Below the pieces are notes generated by a model. That model was not told the DNA's origin, ran no database searches, and worked only from the letters and a program-made list of their open reading frames with translations. A DNA stretch of 56,813 nucleotides from Limisphaerales bacterium (GTDB lineage Bacteria > Verrucomicrobiota > Verrucomicrobiia > Limisphaerales > SIBE01): positions 62,001 through 118,813 of the forward strand of contig JBGAIN010000008.1 in the NCBI GenBank assembly GCA_044225505.1, written 5' to 3'. A program made the translations under genes and the position numbers. This document shows positions 37,648 through 47,639 of this stretch, piece after piece. Positions within the stretch are counted from its first letter, which is position 1. Each line of letters opens with the position of its first letter.

Positions 37648-39429
37648 ATGGGTGCCATGACCGTAAGATCGCCCCTCAGATTCACAAGGCTTTCATTGAC
37701 TGTTTACTTCGTCCGGCGCGCGACTCCGTTGGTTGCGTTTAGCTGGCTCCTCGTGAAGGTTGCCGCCGCCGATTCGGCCGCCGGCGGACCGGCCTCGGAT
37801 CCTTCCAGCTCGGTGATGCCACCGACGGTGCAGGAGGCGTTCGGACGGTTTCGTAAGTCCGCTCTGGCGGCTGACGTCAAATTCCTCGCGAGCGATCTCT
37901 TGGAAGGGCGCGGTCCGGGCACACGGGGAGATAGCCTCGCCATGGAGTATATCGCAGCGCAATTCGCGGCGGCGGGTTTGGAGCCGGGAGCGGAAGACGG
38001 CACGTTCTATCAGAAGATTCCGTTGATTGGAATGGCTCTAGAAGCAATGAAAAGCACCGTCAGCTTCGTTGGTCCTGCGGCATCGTTCGTGACTTCACTA
38101 AAATACCTGGAAGAGTTTGTGGCCACGAACCCCTCTCAAACGGAAAGCAGTGTGCTTGATTCCGAAGTGGTCTTCGTTGGGCATGGAGTGGTGGCACCTG
38201 AATATCGCTGGGACGACTACAAAGACCTGGCGACCAAAGGCAAGACCCTGCTGATGCTGGTCGATGATCCGCCCGCCAATCCAGACGAGCCCGATCTCTT
38301 TAAAGGAAAGACCCGGACCTACTACGGGCGCTGGACCTATAAATACGAGATCGGGACAGCCAAAGGGGCGCAAGCGGTGTTGCTCATTCATACGGATTTG
38401 GCTGCAGGGTATCCGTGGTCTGTGGTCCGGAATTCCTGGGGTCGTGAGAGTTCCGCGTTGCGACGAGCGTCCAATACGCCTGCGCTGGGTTGTGCGGGTT
38501 GGATCTCGCAGAATGCTGCTGCTGCGCTCTGTCGATCGGCCGGCCATACCCTTGAGCAACTCACGGAGCGAGCCGCGCAGCGGGATTTTCGCCCTGTGCC
38601 GCTTGGGGTTCGCTTGCGCGGCATCTTACAGTCCAGCCTCCGCACGTTCGACACGGCCAATGTCATTGGCAAGCTCCCGGGATCTGACCCAGCGTTGCAG
38701 CACCAAGCCATCCTCTACACGGCACATCATGATCACCTGGGGATAGGCGAGCCGGATGAAACCGGAGATCGTATTTATCATGGGGCGGTCGACAATGGCA
38801 CCGGCTGCGCGATGCTTATGGAAATGGCGCGCGTTTGGGGACAAATGGCCGCGCCTCCCAAACGCACCGTGCTTTTCAACGCGGTCGCGGCCGAAGAACA
38901 AGGACTGCTGGGATCCGAGTATTTCGGAATTCACCCAACGATCGCGGCGGGGCAGATTGCTTTGGCCATTAACTTCGACGCCATTCCGCAGTTGGGTCGT
39001 GTCCGCGATGTGACCCTGCTTGGGGTCGAGCGCACGACCTTCTTGCCGACGGCGCAACGCGTCACCGCTGCCTTGCAGTTGGCGATTGTTCCCGATCCAG
39101 AGCCGGAGCAAGGGCACTACTACCGTTCGGATCATTTCAGCCTCGCGAGGGTGGGGATCCCGGCGTTCTCCGTCGATGCTGGGCAAGATGTTATTGGCAA
39201 ACCTTCTGGTTGGGGAAAGGCTCAGAGCGACGAGTATCGTGCCCATCGATATCATCGGCCAGGGGATCGATTTGATCCGAGTTGGAATTGGGACACTGGC
39301 GTGCAAATGGCGCAGCTCGGGTTTTGGCTGGGCTGGGAAGCAGCGCAGGCAGCGGAAATGCCCATTTGGAATCCTGGCGACGAGTTGCGCGCGACGCGAG
39401 AGAGGAGCTTGCTCAAGGTCGTGAAATAA
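37648..39429 (+). CDS. Secreted M28-family aminopeptidase with PA domain (start uncertain)
   Basis: LASDLLEGRGPG, TAHHDHLG, GAVDNGTG, AEEQGLLGS, RSDHFS, YHRPGD. Confidence 0.9.
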   Translation: MGAMTVRSPLRFTRLSLTVYFVRRATPLVAFSWLLVKVAAADSAAGGPASDPSSSVMPPTVQEAFGRFRKSALAADVKFLASDLLEGRGPGTRGDSLAMEYIAAQFAAAGLEPGAEDGTFYQKIPLIGMALEAMKSTVSFVGPAASFVTSLKYLEEFVATNPSQTESSVLDSEVVFVGHGVVAPEYRWDDYKDLATKGKTLLMLVDDPPANPDEPDLFKGKTRTYYGRWTYKYEIGTAKGAQAVLLIHTDLAAGYPWSVVRNSWGRESSALRRASNTPALGCAGWISQNAAAALCRSAGHTLEQLTERAAQRDFRPVPLGVRLRGILQSSLRTFDTANVIGKLPGSDPALQHQAILYTAHHDHLGIGEPDETGDRIYHGAVDNGTGCAMLMEMARVWGQMAAPPKRTVLFNAVAAEEQGLLGSEYFGIHPTIAAGQIALAINFDAIPQLGRVRDVTLLGVERTTFLPTAQRVTAALQLAIVPDPEPEQGHYYRSDHFSLARVGIPAFSVDAGQDVIGKPSGWGKAQSDEYRAHRYHRPGDRFDPSWNWDTGVQMAQLGFWLGWEAAQAAEMPIWNPGDELRATRERSLLKVVK

Positions 39430-39484
39430 CAGCCCGCGTGCGCCGCCGCTTGACCCTTCAGACCGAGGGCGTCACTCTGACCCA

Positions 39485-41296
39485 ATGCATCTAGTCATCA
39501 CTCGCTTTCTTCTCGCGATTTCTTTGGCCGGTGCGCTGCCAGCTCTGGCGGCCGCGGCGGCCGAGCCTGCCTCAGCCGAGGCATTCGTGGCCCAGGCGGA
39601 AAAGGAACTCGCGGACTACTCGATTCTTTCGAATCGCGCTCAGTGGATCAATAGCACCTTCATCACCGAGGACACGGACGCGATTGCGGCGGAGATCGGC
39701 GCGCGTGGCACGGAATTGAGCGTGCGCTTGGCCAAAGGCGCCGCCAAGTTCGATGGAGTGCAAGGATTGAGCTTCGACATTCGGCGCAAGCTCGATTTCC
39801 TCAAGCAAGGAATTGTGCTGCCTGCCCCGGACGTGCCAGGCGCGGCGGACGAGTTGAACGTCATTGCGACCCGGCTCCAATCGCAGTATGGGAAGGGCAA
39901 AGGGACTCTGAACGGGCAGCCAATCAATGGCTCGGACATTGAGGAAGCCATGGGGACCACGCGCGATCCAGAAAAGCTGAAGGAGATGTGGGCGAGCTGG
40001 AATAATAACGTGGGCGTTCCCATGCGCGACGATTACGCCCGCCTCGTGCAGATTGCTAATCAAGGCGCCGAACAGCTTGGGTTCGCGGACTTGGGAGCTA
40101 TGTGGCGTTCTGGCTACGATATGCCAGCAGACGACTTTGCGCGGGAGATGGATCGGTTGTGGCTTCAGGTCAAGCCGCTTTACGATCAATTGCACTGTTA
40201 CGTGCGCGCCAAGTTGAACGAACGATATGGATCAAAAGTCCAGCCCGCGACAGGGCCGATCCGGGCCGATCTCCTCGGCAATATGTGGGCTCAGGAATGG
40301 GGCAATATCTACGAGTTGGTAGCTCCCGCGGGCGTCGGAGATCTTGGTTTTGATCTGACCGCCTTGCTCGTCGGCAAGGGATACGATCCCGTCAAGATGG
40401 TGAAAACAGGGGAAGCGTTCTACACGTCGCTCGGATTGCCCGCCCTTCCTCCGCCCTTCTGGGATCGATCGCAGTTCGTGAAGCCGCGCGATCGGGAGGT
40501 GGTCTGCCACGCCTCGGCCTGGGACATCGACAATAAAGACGATCTTCGGATCAAAATGTGCATCAAGGTCAACGCCGAGGACTTCGTCGTGATCCACCAT
40601 GAACTCGGGCATAATTACTATCAGCGCGCTTACAATCGGCAGCCGTTCCTTTACCTCAACGGCGCGCACGACGGATTCCACGAAGCCATTGGGGATTTTA
40701 TCGCGCTGTCTATCACGCCTGAATACCTCGTGCAAATCGGGTTGCTTGAAGCGTCGAAGGTCCCGAGTGCGGATAAAGACATTGGGTTGCTCTTGCGCCA
40801 AGCGATGGACAAGGTCGCTTTCCTTCCGTTCGGTCTACTGGTCGACAAGTGGCGCTGGCAGGTTTTCAGTGGTGCGACCAAACCCGCAGAGTACCAAACC
40901 GCCTGGACCGAACTGCGTCGGCGTTATCAGGGAATTGTTCCGCCAGTGGATCGTCCCGCGACCGCATTTGATCCGGGCGCCAAATACCACATCCCAGGGA
41001 ACACTCCGTATGCTCGTTATTTCCTGGCGCGCATCCTTCAATTCCAGCTCTACAAAGCCGCTGCCGAACAGGTCGGATGGAAAGGCCCGCTTCACCGTTG
41101 TTCCTTTTATGGCAACAAAGCGGTCGGTGAGCGTCTGAACCGAATGCTGGCGATGGGGGCATCAAGACCATGGCCGGAAGCACTGGAAGCGTTCACGGGT
41201 AGTCGCCACATGGACGGCTCGGCGATGCTCGATTATTTCCGGCCCTTGATGACCTGGCTCGAAGCGCAAAACAAGAATCGCACTTGCGGTTGGTGA
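39485..41296 (+). CDS. M2-family peptidyl-dipeptidase (angiotensin-converting enzyme-like)
   Basis: Signal peptide; LLGNMWAQEW, CHASAWD, HHELGH zinc motif, GFHEAIGD, FDPGAKYHIP. Confidence 0.95.
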   Translation: MHLVITRFLLAISLAGALPALAAAAAEPASAEAFVAQAEKELADYSILSNRAQWINSTFITEDTDAIAAEIGARGTELSVRLAKGAAKFDGVQGLSFDIRRKLDFLKQGIVLPAPDVPGAADELNVIATRLQSQYGKGKGTLNGQPINGSDIEEAMGTTRDPEKLKEMWASWNNNVGVPMRDDYARLVQIANQGAEQLGFADLGAMWRSGYDMPADDFAREMDRLWLQVKPLYDQLHCYVRAKLNERYGSKVQPATGPIRADLLGNMWAQEWGNIYELVAPAGVGDLGFDLTALLVGKGYDPVKMVKTGEAFYTSLGLPALPPPFWDRSQFVKPRDREVVCHASAWDIDNKDDLRIKMCIKVNAEDFVVIHHELGHNYYQRAYNRQPFLYLNGAHDGFHEAIGDFIALSITPEYLVQIGLLEASKVPSADKDIGLLLRQAMDKVAFLPFGLLVDKWRWQVFSGATKPAEYQTAWTELRRRYQGIVPPVDRPATAFDPGAKYHIPGNTPYARYFLARILQFQLYKAAAEQVGWKGPLHRCSFYGNKAVGERLNRMLAMGASRPWPEALEAFTGSRHMDGSAMLDYFRPLMTWLEAQNKNRTCGW

Positions 41297-41362
41297 TCGA
41301 GCGCTTAGCTCGACGCTGACCATGGGACCGCACGTCGCTCGGGCGCATGCAAGCCGAGGCCG

Positions 41363-41383
41363 ATGAGAGCAAATTGCTCTCAT
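41363..41383 (+). terminator. Palindrome downstream of the M2 peptidase (terminator or operator)
   Basis: ATGAGAGCAA-A-TTGCTCTCAT, perfect 10-bp inverted repeat followed by only a short T run. Confidence 0.35.
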
Positions 41384-41533
41384 TTCCTGCGCCATGTTCT
41401 CGGAGCGGCTAGACGAGGGCTAAGGCTTTGAGACAGAGTTGCCTCCAAAGGGGCCAGTCTGCCTAAAGCTCGTGCGAGTTCACGCGAATACGCTTGCCCT
41501 TTGCGCTCGCCTGCGCTTACTTACCCGGCACGG

Positions 41534-41620
41534 GCCGGCGTGGCGGAATTGGCAGACGCGCTAGACTCAAAATCTAGTGATCGTGAGATCGTGTGGGTTC
41601 GACCCCCTCCGCCGGCACCA
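41534..41620 (+). tRNA. tRNA-Leu(CAA)
   Basis: GCCGGCG acceptor stem, TGGCGGAATTGGCAGACGCG D arm, CTAGA CT-CAA-AA TCTAG anticodon arm, long variable arm, GTTCGAC T loop, encoded CCA. Confidence 0.96.
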
Positions 41621-41702
41621 CTTTCCATAGAATCTTCGAGGAGCAACTCTCTCAGATCTGATTTTGAGCCTCGGCGAGAGACTGGTCCATCCTGGTGGAC
41701 GA

Positions 41703-42101
41703 TTACCTTCTGTTCGCGAGACGCTTCTGCCTCATTCGCCAGGTGATGCGGTATACGAGAGAAGCGCCTATTCCCAGGCCCGCCAAATGCATCGTGGATG
41801 GCTCTGGGCATAGATAACCCAGCGGTGACGTCCCGAGTTGCATATTGGGAGGTAAGACGGTGCCACCCCCAAGCCCGTTCACCGTATACGGACCATAATC
41901 TTGGGAAAAGCCGCTGGGTCCGATGAGTCGCACCAGAATCGACGCGTTCCCTCCGACAGCTACTCCTGGGACGGTTGGCGTGATGCCGACGACGTAACCG
42001 GCGGTGAGAGTGCCAGCCGTACCGTGGAACGTGGTGGTCGGCGGATCGAGCGGCATCAGGCTGCCGACGGCTGTGCCAACGGGACCGCCCAACCGTTGCA
42101 C
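41703..42101 (-). pseudogene. 5'-truncated PEP-CTERM protein remnant
   Basis: GGPVGT...AGYVVGITPTVPGV...LGGGTVLPPN...CPEPSTMHLAGLG plus basic tail; no signal peptide, in-frame stop shortly upstream, degenerate sorting signal. Confidence 0.6.
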
Positions 42102-42230
42102 GTTAGGTTTTGCGATTGACTCGTGACGGGGAGAGAGAGCATCTATTCAGATGTTCGAATGGCTTGGCGGCAGGGTGAGCTTAGCCTGAGCGGTGATGGC
42201 TGACCACTTTGGCGCTGGCAGCATCTCGAA

Positions 42231-43361
42231 ATGCGTATGCAGACCACGGCAACCGTTCCCAGCTCGGACGTGGGCAATTCTTCCAAGATCCCACAAACTC
42301 GATTGTTATCCATCGATGCCCTGCGCGGGTTTGACATGTTCTGGATCATCGGAGGTGGTGACGCGCTCTGGGAGTTGGTCAAGGTCTGGGACAACGGTTT
42401 CACGCGGACGCTTCATACCCAGCTTGAGCATGTCCACTGGCAGGGATGCCACTTCGAAGATCTGATCTATCCGCTTTTTCTGTTTATTATCGGCGTTGTA
42501 TTGCCGTTTTCGATCAATCGCCGGCGGCACGAGGGGCAAGACACCGCGACGTTCTATTGGCATTTTCTGGCTCGATCGCTGCTCTTGATTGTTCTCGGAT
42601 CCATCCCCGGAGGACTACTCTCGTTTACGCATTGGCCCATGATGGGAGGGGTGTTAGCGCATATCGGTCTCTGCTATTTTTTCGCGGCGGCTATCGTGCT
42701 GCACACAGGCTGGCGAGTAAGAGCTGGTCTGATTGTTGGTTACCTGGTCGCTTACTGGCTGGCTTCGCTCTTCATCCCTGTGCCGGGCTATGGGGCGGGG
42801 GTCTTCACCGAGGAAGGGAGTCTCTCGTCGTTTATCGATCGGCATTTCCTCACGGGCGGACTCTGGAATGAGGGACCCGCCTCGACGCCATCGGGGATTG
42901 TCATCATTCTCACCGGTTCGCTGGCGGGGCTGTGGTTGCGATCAGCTCGGCCGGAACGGACGAAAGCGCTCGGCTTGGCGGGAGCCGGGGTAAGTGCCGT
43001 GGTTCTAGGATATCTTTGGAGTTATTCGTTTCCGATGATCAAGCGCGTGGTCTGGAGTAGTTCTTACGTGACCTTTGCGATGGGCTGGAGCCTATGCGCC
43101 TTGGCCCTTTTCTACTGGATCATCGACGTGCAAGGATATCGCCGGTGGAGCTACTTCTTTGTCGTGATCGGAATGAACGCGATCACGATCTATTTCCTGC
43201 AGTCCATCGTGGACTTTGAGTACACCGCGAAGCTCTTCGTGCCAGGAATCGAAGCCTATTCCGGCAATTTGAAGCCCTTGGTCCTGCCGCTCGGTGTCCT
43301 CGGGCTGAAATGGGCGCTGCTCTGGTTTCTTTATACCCGCCGGATATTCTTCCGACTCTAG
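42231..43361 (+). CDS. Membrane acyltransferase-like protein (DUF5009 / heparan-alpha-glucosaminide N-acetyltransferase family)
   Basis: RLLSIDALRGFDMFWIIGG, HVHWQG..FEDLIYPLFLFIIG, PMIKRVVWSSSY, IGMNAITIY. Confidence 0.85.
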   Translation: MRMQTTATVPSSDVGNSSKIPQTRLLSIDALRGFDMFWIIGGGDALWELVKVWDNGFTRTLHTQLEHVHWQGCHFEDLIYPLFLFIIGVVLPFSINRRRHEGQDTATFYWHFLARSLLLIVLGSIPGGLLSFTHWPMMGGVLAHIGLCYFFAAAIVLHTGWRVRAGLIVGYLVAYWLASLFIPVPGYGAGVFTEEGSLSSFIDRHFLTGGLWNEGPASTPSGIVIILTGSLAGLWLRSARPERTKALGLAGAGVSAVVLGYLWSYSFPMIKRVVWSSSYVTFAMGWSLCALALFYWIIDVQGYRRWSYFFVVIGMNAITIYFLQSIVDFEYTAKLFVPGIEAYSGNLKPLVLPLGVLGLKWALLWFLYTRRIFFRL

Positions 43362-43386
43362 CGCTCAGCACCTTAGGTCGTAAGAC

Positions 43387-44907
43387 TTAATAGCTTCTCG
43401 CAAAGATCACTCGCCCAGGGGCTGGAGCGCCCGTGGCAATGCACGCGCCCACATTCTCACCGCGCAACGCGTTATCTGCAGGAATGCAACGTACCGTGAC
43501 CTGGAGCTCCTTCTGCAATGCTTCCTCATGCTCGGAATTGCCCGCCCACGGGACGAGCGCGAACCCGGCTTGATCCTTGCCAAAGTAATCCCGAAACGCT
43601 GCCATCGAATCGAGTTCCACGGTGTTATCGATCCGGAATTTCTCGGCCCGTTGCAAGAGCGTGTCCTGAATGGACTGCAAAGTCTCGACGATGCCGCTCG
43701 CCACCGCTGCCTCGGGCAGGAATTGTTTTTCCGTGGGTGGCTTATCGCGACGCGCCACGGCTACGGTCCCTTTCTCCAAATCGCGAGGCCCGATTTCCAT
43801 GCGGACTGGGACGCCTTTCTTGATCAGCTCCCAGTTCTTGACGCCGGCGTTGATGTCGCGCTTATCGATTTCCACCGTGACGGGATCCCCATGGAATCGT
43901 TGTTCGGCGATCTTTGCGGCCAGCCGCTCGCACGCGGCGTAGACCGCACTTTCGTGTTCTGGCTTCGGCACGACCGGCCGGATCACGACTTGCGTCGGTG
44001 CGACGCGTGGCGGCAGAATGAGACCGTCATCGTCGCCGTGAGCCATGACCAGCGTGCCGATCAAGCGCGTGCTCACTCCCCAACTCGTGGTCCAGACATG
44101 CTCGCGTTTACCGTCGCGTCCGACGAATTCAATCGCAGCGGCCTTTGAGAAGTTTTGTCCTAAGAAGTGGGAGGTGCCCGCCTGGATGGCTTTCCGATCT
44201 TGCACCATGGCTTCCACCGTGAACGTATTGACCGCGCCGGGGAATCGTTCCGCCTCGGTCTTCTCGCCCGGGATCGCAGGAACGGCCAGGTGTTCGCGCA
44301 GGAACTTGGCGTAGAGTTCGTGAATCAATTTCGTCTCCCGCAACGCATCGGCCGCGGTTTCATGGGCGGTGTGGCCTTCCTGCCAGAGGAATTCTGCGGT
44401 CCGAAGGAAGAGCCTCGGGCGCATTTCCCAGCGCATCACGTTGGCCCACTGATTGATCAAGAGGGGCAAGTCCCGGTAACTTTGCACCCAACGTGCAAAC
44501 GCGGCGCCGATGATCGTTTCGGACGTCGGACGGATGACGAACGGCTCGGGCAATTCGCCGGCCGGCACCATCTTGCCATCCTTAAACTCCAGCCGATGAT
44601 GCGTCACGACGGCACATTCCTTGGCAAAACCCTCCACGTGGGTGGCTTCCTTTTCCAGATAGCTCACCGGGATAAGGAGCGGAAAATAAGCATTCTTGTG
44701 CCCCGTCGCTTTGAACTTAACGTCAAGTTGGCGTTGGATATTCTCCCAGATTCCGTAGCCCCACGGTTTGATCACCATGCAACCCCGCACCTCGGAGTTT
44801 TCGGCCAAGTCCGCGGCCCGGACGACTTGCTGGTACCACTCGGGGAAATCCTCGCTCCGGGTGGGGCGAATCGCGTTTTTCTGTTCTCCGGCTTTTGCTG
44901 GCTGCAT
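43387..44907 (-). CDS. proS: Proline--tRNA ligase (eukaryote/archaea-like type, no INS editing domain)
   Basis: DFPEWYQQVV, RPTSETII, NQWANVMRWE, FLRTAEFLWQEGHT, QAGTSHFLGQNF, C-terminal FARSY. Confidence 0.96.
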   Translation of the reverse strand: MQPAKAGEQKNAIRPTRSEDFPEWYQQVVRAADLAENSEVRGCMVIKPWGYGIWENIQRQLDVKFKATGHKNAYFPLLIPVSYLEKEATHVEGFAKECAVVTHHRLEFKDGKMVPAGELPEPFVIRPTSETIIGAAFARWVQSYRDLPLLINQWANVMRWEMRPRLFLRTAEFLWQEGHTAHETAADALRETKLIHELYAKFLREHLAVPAIPGEKTEAERFPGAVNTFTVEAMVQDRKAIQAGTSHFLGQNFSKAAAIEFVGRDGKREHVWTTSWGVSTRLIGTLVMAHGDDDGLILPPRVAPTQVVIRPVVPKPEHESAVYAACERLAAKIAEQRFHGDPVTVEIDKRDINAGVKNWELIKKGVPVRMEIGPRDLEKGTVAVARRDKPPTEKQFLPEAAVASGIVETLQSIQDTLLQRAEKFRIDNTVELDSMAAFRDYFGKDQAGFALVPWAGNSEHEEALQKELQVTVRCIPADNALRGENVGACIATGAPAPGRVIFARSY

Positions 44908-45274
44908 ATAGACGGGGTGATCGAACACGATCCGGGCTTCCGAATCAAAGAGAATCCGTCCTCGTGGGAGTAGTATTAATTCTAATCTCAGGCCTGCTCG
45001 GGGTTCGCTTTTCGTCTTATCCCACGGTTTCTACGCTTTGGCCCGGCTTGCAACGCGCTCAGGCCGTTCTGCCTGCGGAGGCTCGTCCCTGAACCCACCT
45101 GGACCGGGTCTTCCGTCTCCCATCGTCGGAAAGATGACTCAGCTTGATTCTGGTGATTGTTCGGTCGGCGTTTGGGCCGTTTTACCCTCACGGTTGACGT
45201 TGGCGCGGCGAGCACGATAGGCTTTCGGCCATGGCTTTGCTGTCCGGTCCAATTTCATCTTCGTTGTTTCAGGG

Positions 45275-47236
45275 ATGAGTTCTGTCTCTTGGTACTGGCA
45301 TCGGCTGAGGGCTATGAGCCCGTCAGAAATGGCGGCACACGGCCGGCGTAAGGTCCACCAAATATCCGACCGTTACTTGGCTCCAAAGCGGTTCCGCGAC
45401 CTGCCTGAGATTCCGTCCGGTCGCACCTTTCCGCAGCTTCCACCCGCGTTGAATGCGCCACCGGAGTTGCGCGATGTCCTTCGCCATGATGCCGCTGACA
45501 TTCTGAAAGGGCGGTGGATCGCTTTTGGCTATCTGCCGTTGCAGTTGGAAGATCCGCCCCGCTGGCACAAAGATTACCTGGTCGGCGTCGATTTGAGCAC
45601 GAACCGGCCGGCGCTAAAGTTGCATCACAGGCTGGAAGGGAAAGCGGATATTAAACTCATGTGGGAGCCGAGCCGCTGGTACTCCTTGGCCCGGCTGGCT
45701 CAAGCCGCTTATGTTTTGGGCGATGTTCCAGCGGCCGAAGCCTGTTTGCGATGGCTGCAGGATTGGGTCGATAAGAATCCGCCGTACTTTGGCTGGAACT
45801 GGACGAGCGGGCTCGAATCCGGATTACGCCTAATCCAATTCACGTGGATTGACACTTTGCTCGACGCGTGTTGCCAGCGCACCGGGCCGGGCGCCTGGCC
45901 GCGGGAGACCACGAGCAAGCTCGCTTCCTCGTTGGCTGAAGTGCGCCGCCGTCTCCTGCCGCCGCATCTCTGGTTCACTTGGAGAGACCGCTCTTTTGGC
46001 TCGTCCGCCAACAACCATGTCATTGGTGAATTATCCGGCTTGATCCTGGGTCTCGTCCGCTGGCCAGACTTGACTCGCTGGGCGGCACCGTTGGCGACGG
46101 TGCAGCGGCTTTGGGAAGAGCAGGTGCTCGCCCAATTCGCGCCCGATGGCGGCAACCAGGAACAAGCCCTGAATTATCACCTGTTCAGCTTTGAATTCTG
46201 CTGGCAAGCGCGGATGGCGCTCCGTGCCGCTGGAGCTTCCCTTGCGCCGGCGGTGGAAGATCGATTGCGGCTCGCTTCGGGTTATTTCAACCGGATCCAA
46301 GCCAGAGCCAACGCTTGGGATTACGGGGATTCAGATAATGCCTTTGTCACCCCCCTGTTCGAGCGCTGGACTGAGGCCACCTCCGAATGGTATCGGTGGC
46401 TGAACGATTCCGCTGAGAGCCCGGCCATTCGTTATTGGCTCGGGGACGCCCCCAAGCCCCTGCACGCTTCAAACATCGTCAACGGTGCGCAAGGCTGGCA
46501 GATATACCCGAATACGGGCTATGCCATCTATCGCACGGGCGATTGGTTTCTGCGCTGGGATTTGTCGCCGTTAGGCTTTCTCGCCACGGCTGGGCATGGC
46601 CATTGCGACGCGCTTCACTTGTCCGTTTGGTTCCGGGGCGAACCCGTTTTTATCGATCCAGGCACGGGCGCTTATCATGCCAACCGCCCCCTCCGGGATT
46701 ATCTTGCCTCCTGGGAAGCGCACAATGGGCCGCATCCCGTGCCGGCGGCCTTTCCCGAGCGACGCGGGGCGTTCCTTTGGTCTGGACACCATGAGTTGCC
46801 CCGGTGGCAGAAGCTATCGGACCTCAGCATGCGTGCGGAGTTGCGATTGCCGACCGGGACCATGCATCGAACGATCACCCGCCTTGAATCCGAGAATGGA
46901 TGGCAGATTGACGATGGCTTTCAAGCGGGAGATTCCGCGCCGAGCGTCCCCATCCAGGTCCTCTGGCAACTGGCGCCAGGAGCCATCCTGCAAAACGCCG
47001 CGCCGGGCTCCTATCAAATTCAGATTCGGCAAACCGCTTTGGGCGTGGTTTTGGATCCGCAATGGAAGGTTACCGTTCCAGGGCAGGGGAGTTCGCCAAC
47101 AACTCCCACCGATCGCGCCGACTTTCGTGGCAGTTGCGCTCCTGCTTTTCGACGCCTTGAGAAAGGGCCGTTCCTGCTCCTCGCGGGGTCGGTGCAAGGA
47201 TCGAGCACACTGCAAACGCGGCTTACGGGCAAATAG
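45275..47236 (+). CDS. Heparinase II/III-family protein
   Basis: DIKLMWEPSR, WVDKNPPYFGWNW, SSANNHVIGE, DGGNQEQALNYH, GHGHCDALH, IDPGTGAY, AHN. Confidence 0.85.
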   Translation: MSSVSWYWHRLRAMSPSEMAAHGRRKVHQISDRYLAPKRFRDLPEIPSGRTFPQLPPALNAPPELRDVLRHDAADILKGRWIAFGYLPLQLEDPPRWHKDYLVGVDLSTNRPALKLHHRLEGKADIKLMWEPSRWYSLARLAQAAYVLGDVPAAEACLRWLQDWVDKNPPYFGWNWTSGLESGLRLIQFTWIDTLLDACCQRTGPGAWPRETTSKLASSLAEVRRRLLPPHLWFTWRDRSFGSSANNHVIGELSGLILGLVRWPDLTRWAAPLATVQRLWEEQVLAQFAPDGGNQEQALNYHLFSFEFCWQARMALRAAGASLAPAVEDRLRLASGYFNRIQARANAWDYGDSDNAFVTPLFERWTEATSEWYRWLNDSAESPAIRYWLGDAPKPLHASNIVNGAQGWQIYPNTGYAIYRTGDWFLRWDLSPLGFLATAGHGHCDALHLSVWFRGEPVFIDPGTGAYHANRPLRDYLASWEAHNGPHPVPAAFPERRGAFLWSGHHELPRWQKLSDLSMRAELRLPTGTMHRTITRLESENGWQIDDGFQAGDSAPSVPIQVLWQLAPGAILQNAAPGSYQIQIRQTALGVVLDPQWKVTVPGQGSSPTTPTDRADFRGSCAPAFRRLEKGPFLLLAGSVQGSSTLQTRLTGK

Positions 47237-47639
47237 GCCAGAATTTGGTCATTCTGCCACGGCCCGATAGAACGTCGACGTTGCCAGGGAGTTGATTGCT
47301 TCTTGGAAGGAGGCATTGCCCGCGGCATCCATCGTGACTTTGGAGGTTCTTCATGGATCATTTCTGAGAGCCTCGGTTACTGGTCGACTGAGCCATCAAT
47401 GATCCCAGGACTGACAGTTGTCAAATCCGTTCGGGTTTTCTTGCAGGCGAGGCCGTGAGTAGATTAGGCACGAGTCCCTTCCCGGAGAACTTCCGCGGCA
47501 GCCCGTTCGCAAAGGCAAGGAAGTAGACCTCGAAGAAAGGCAACGCAGAGTCCATGGCGACTGCAGCCCACGGCGCGCATCGTTCGTTGGCGACGTCGGA
47601 ATTGCGCTTTGAGGATTGGGAAAATAGGGTTGGCGTATT

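Noticed and set aside
41590..41612. U-U mismatch in the tRNA-Leu T stem (GTGGG/CCCTC)
   Set aside because: A single mismatch in an otherwise canonical tRNA with CCA; not enough to call a pseudogene.
44167..44973. 268-aa + strand ORF, and similar long antisense ORFs over nuoG, nuoL, M28, M2 and GH32
   Set aside because: Antisense or alternate-frame shadows expected in GC-rich coding DNA; no motifs.
47500..47575. Resemblance to a c-di-GMP-I riboswitch (GGCAA...GAA...ACGCA)
   Set aside because: The GNRA loop, P2 pairing and receptor spacing do not fit; an Infernal hit would be needed.
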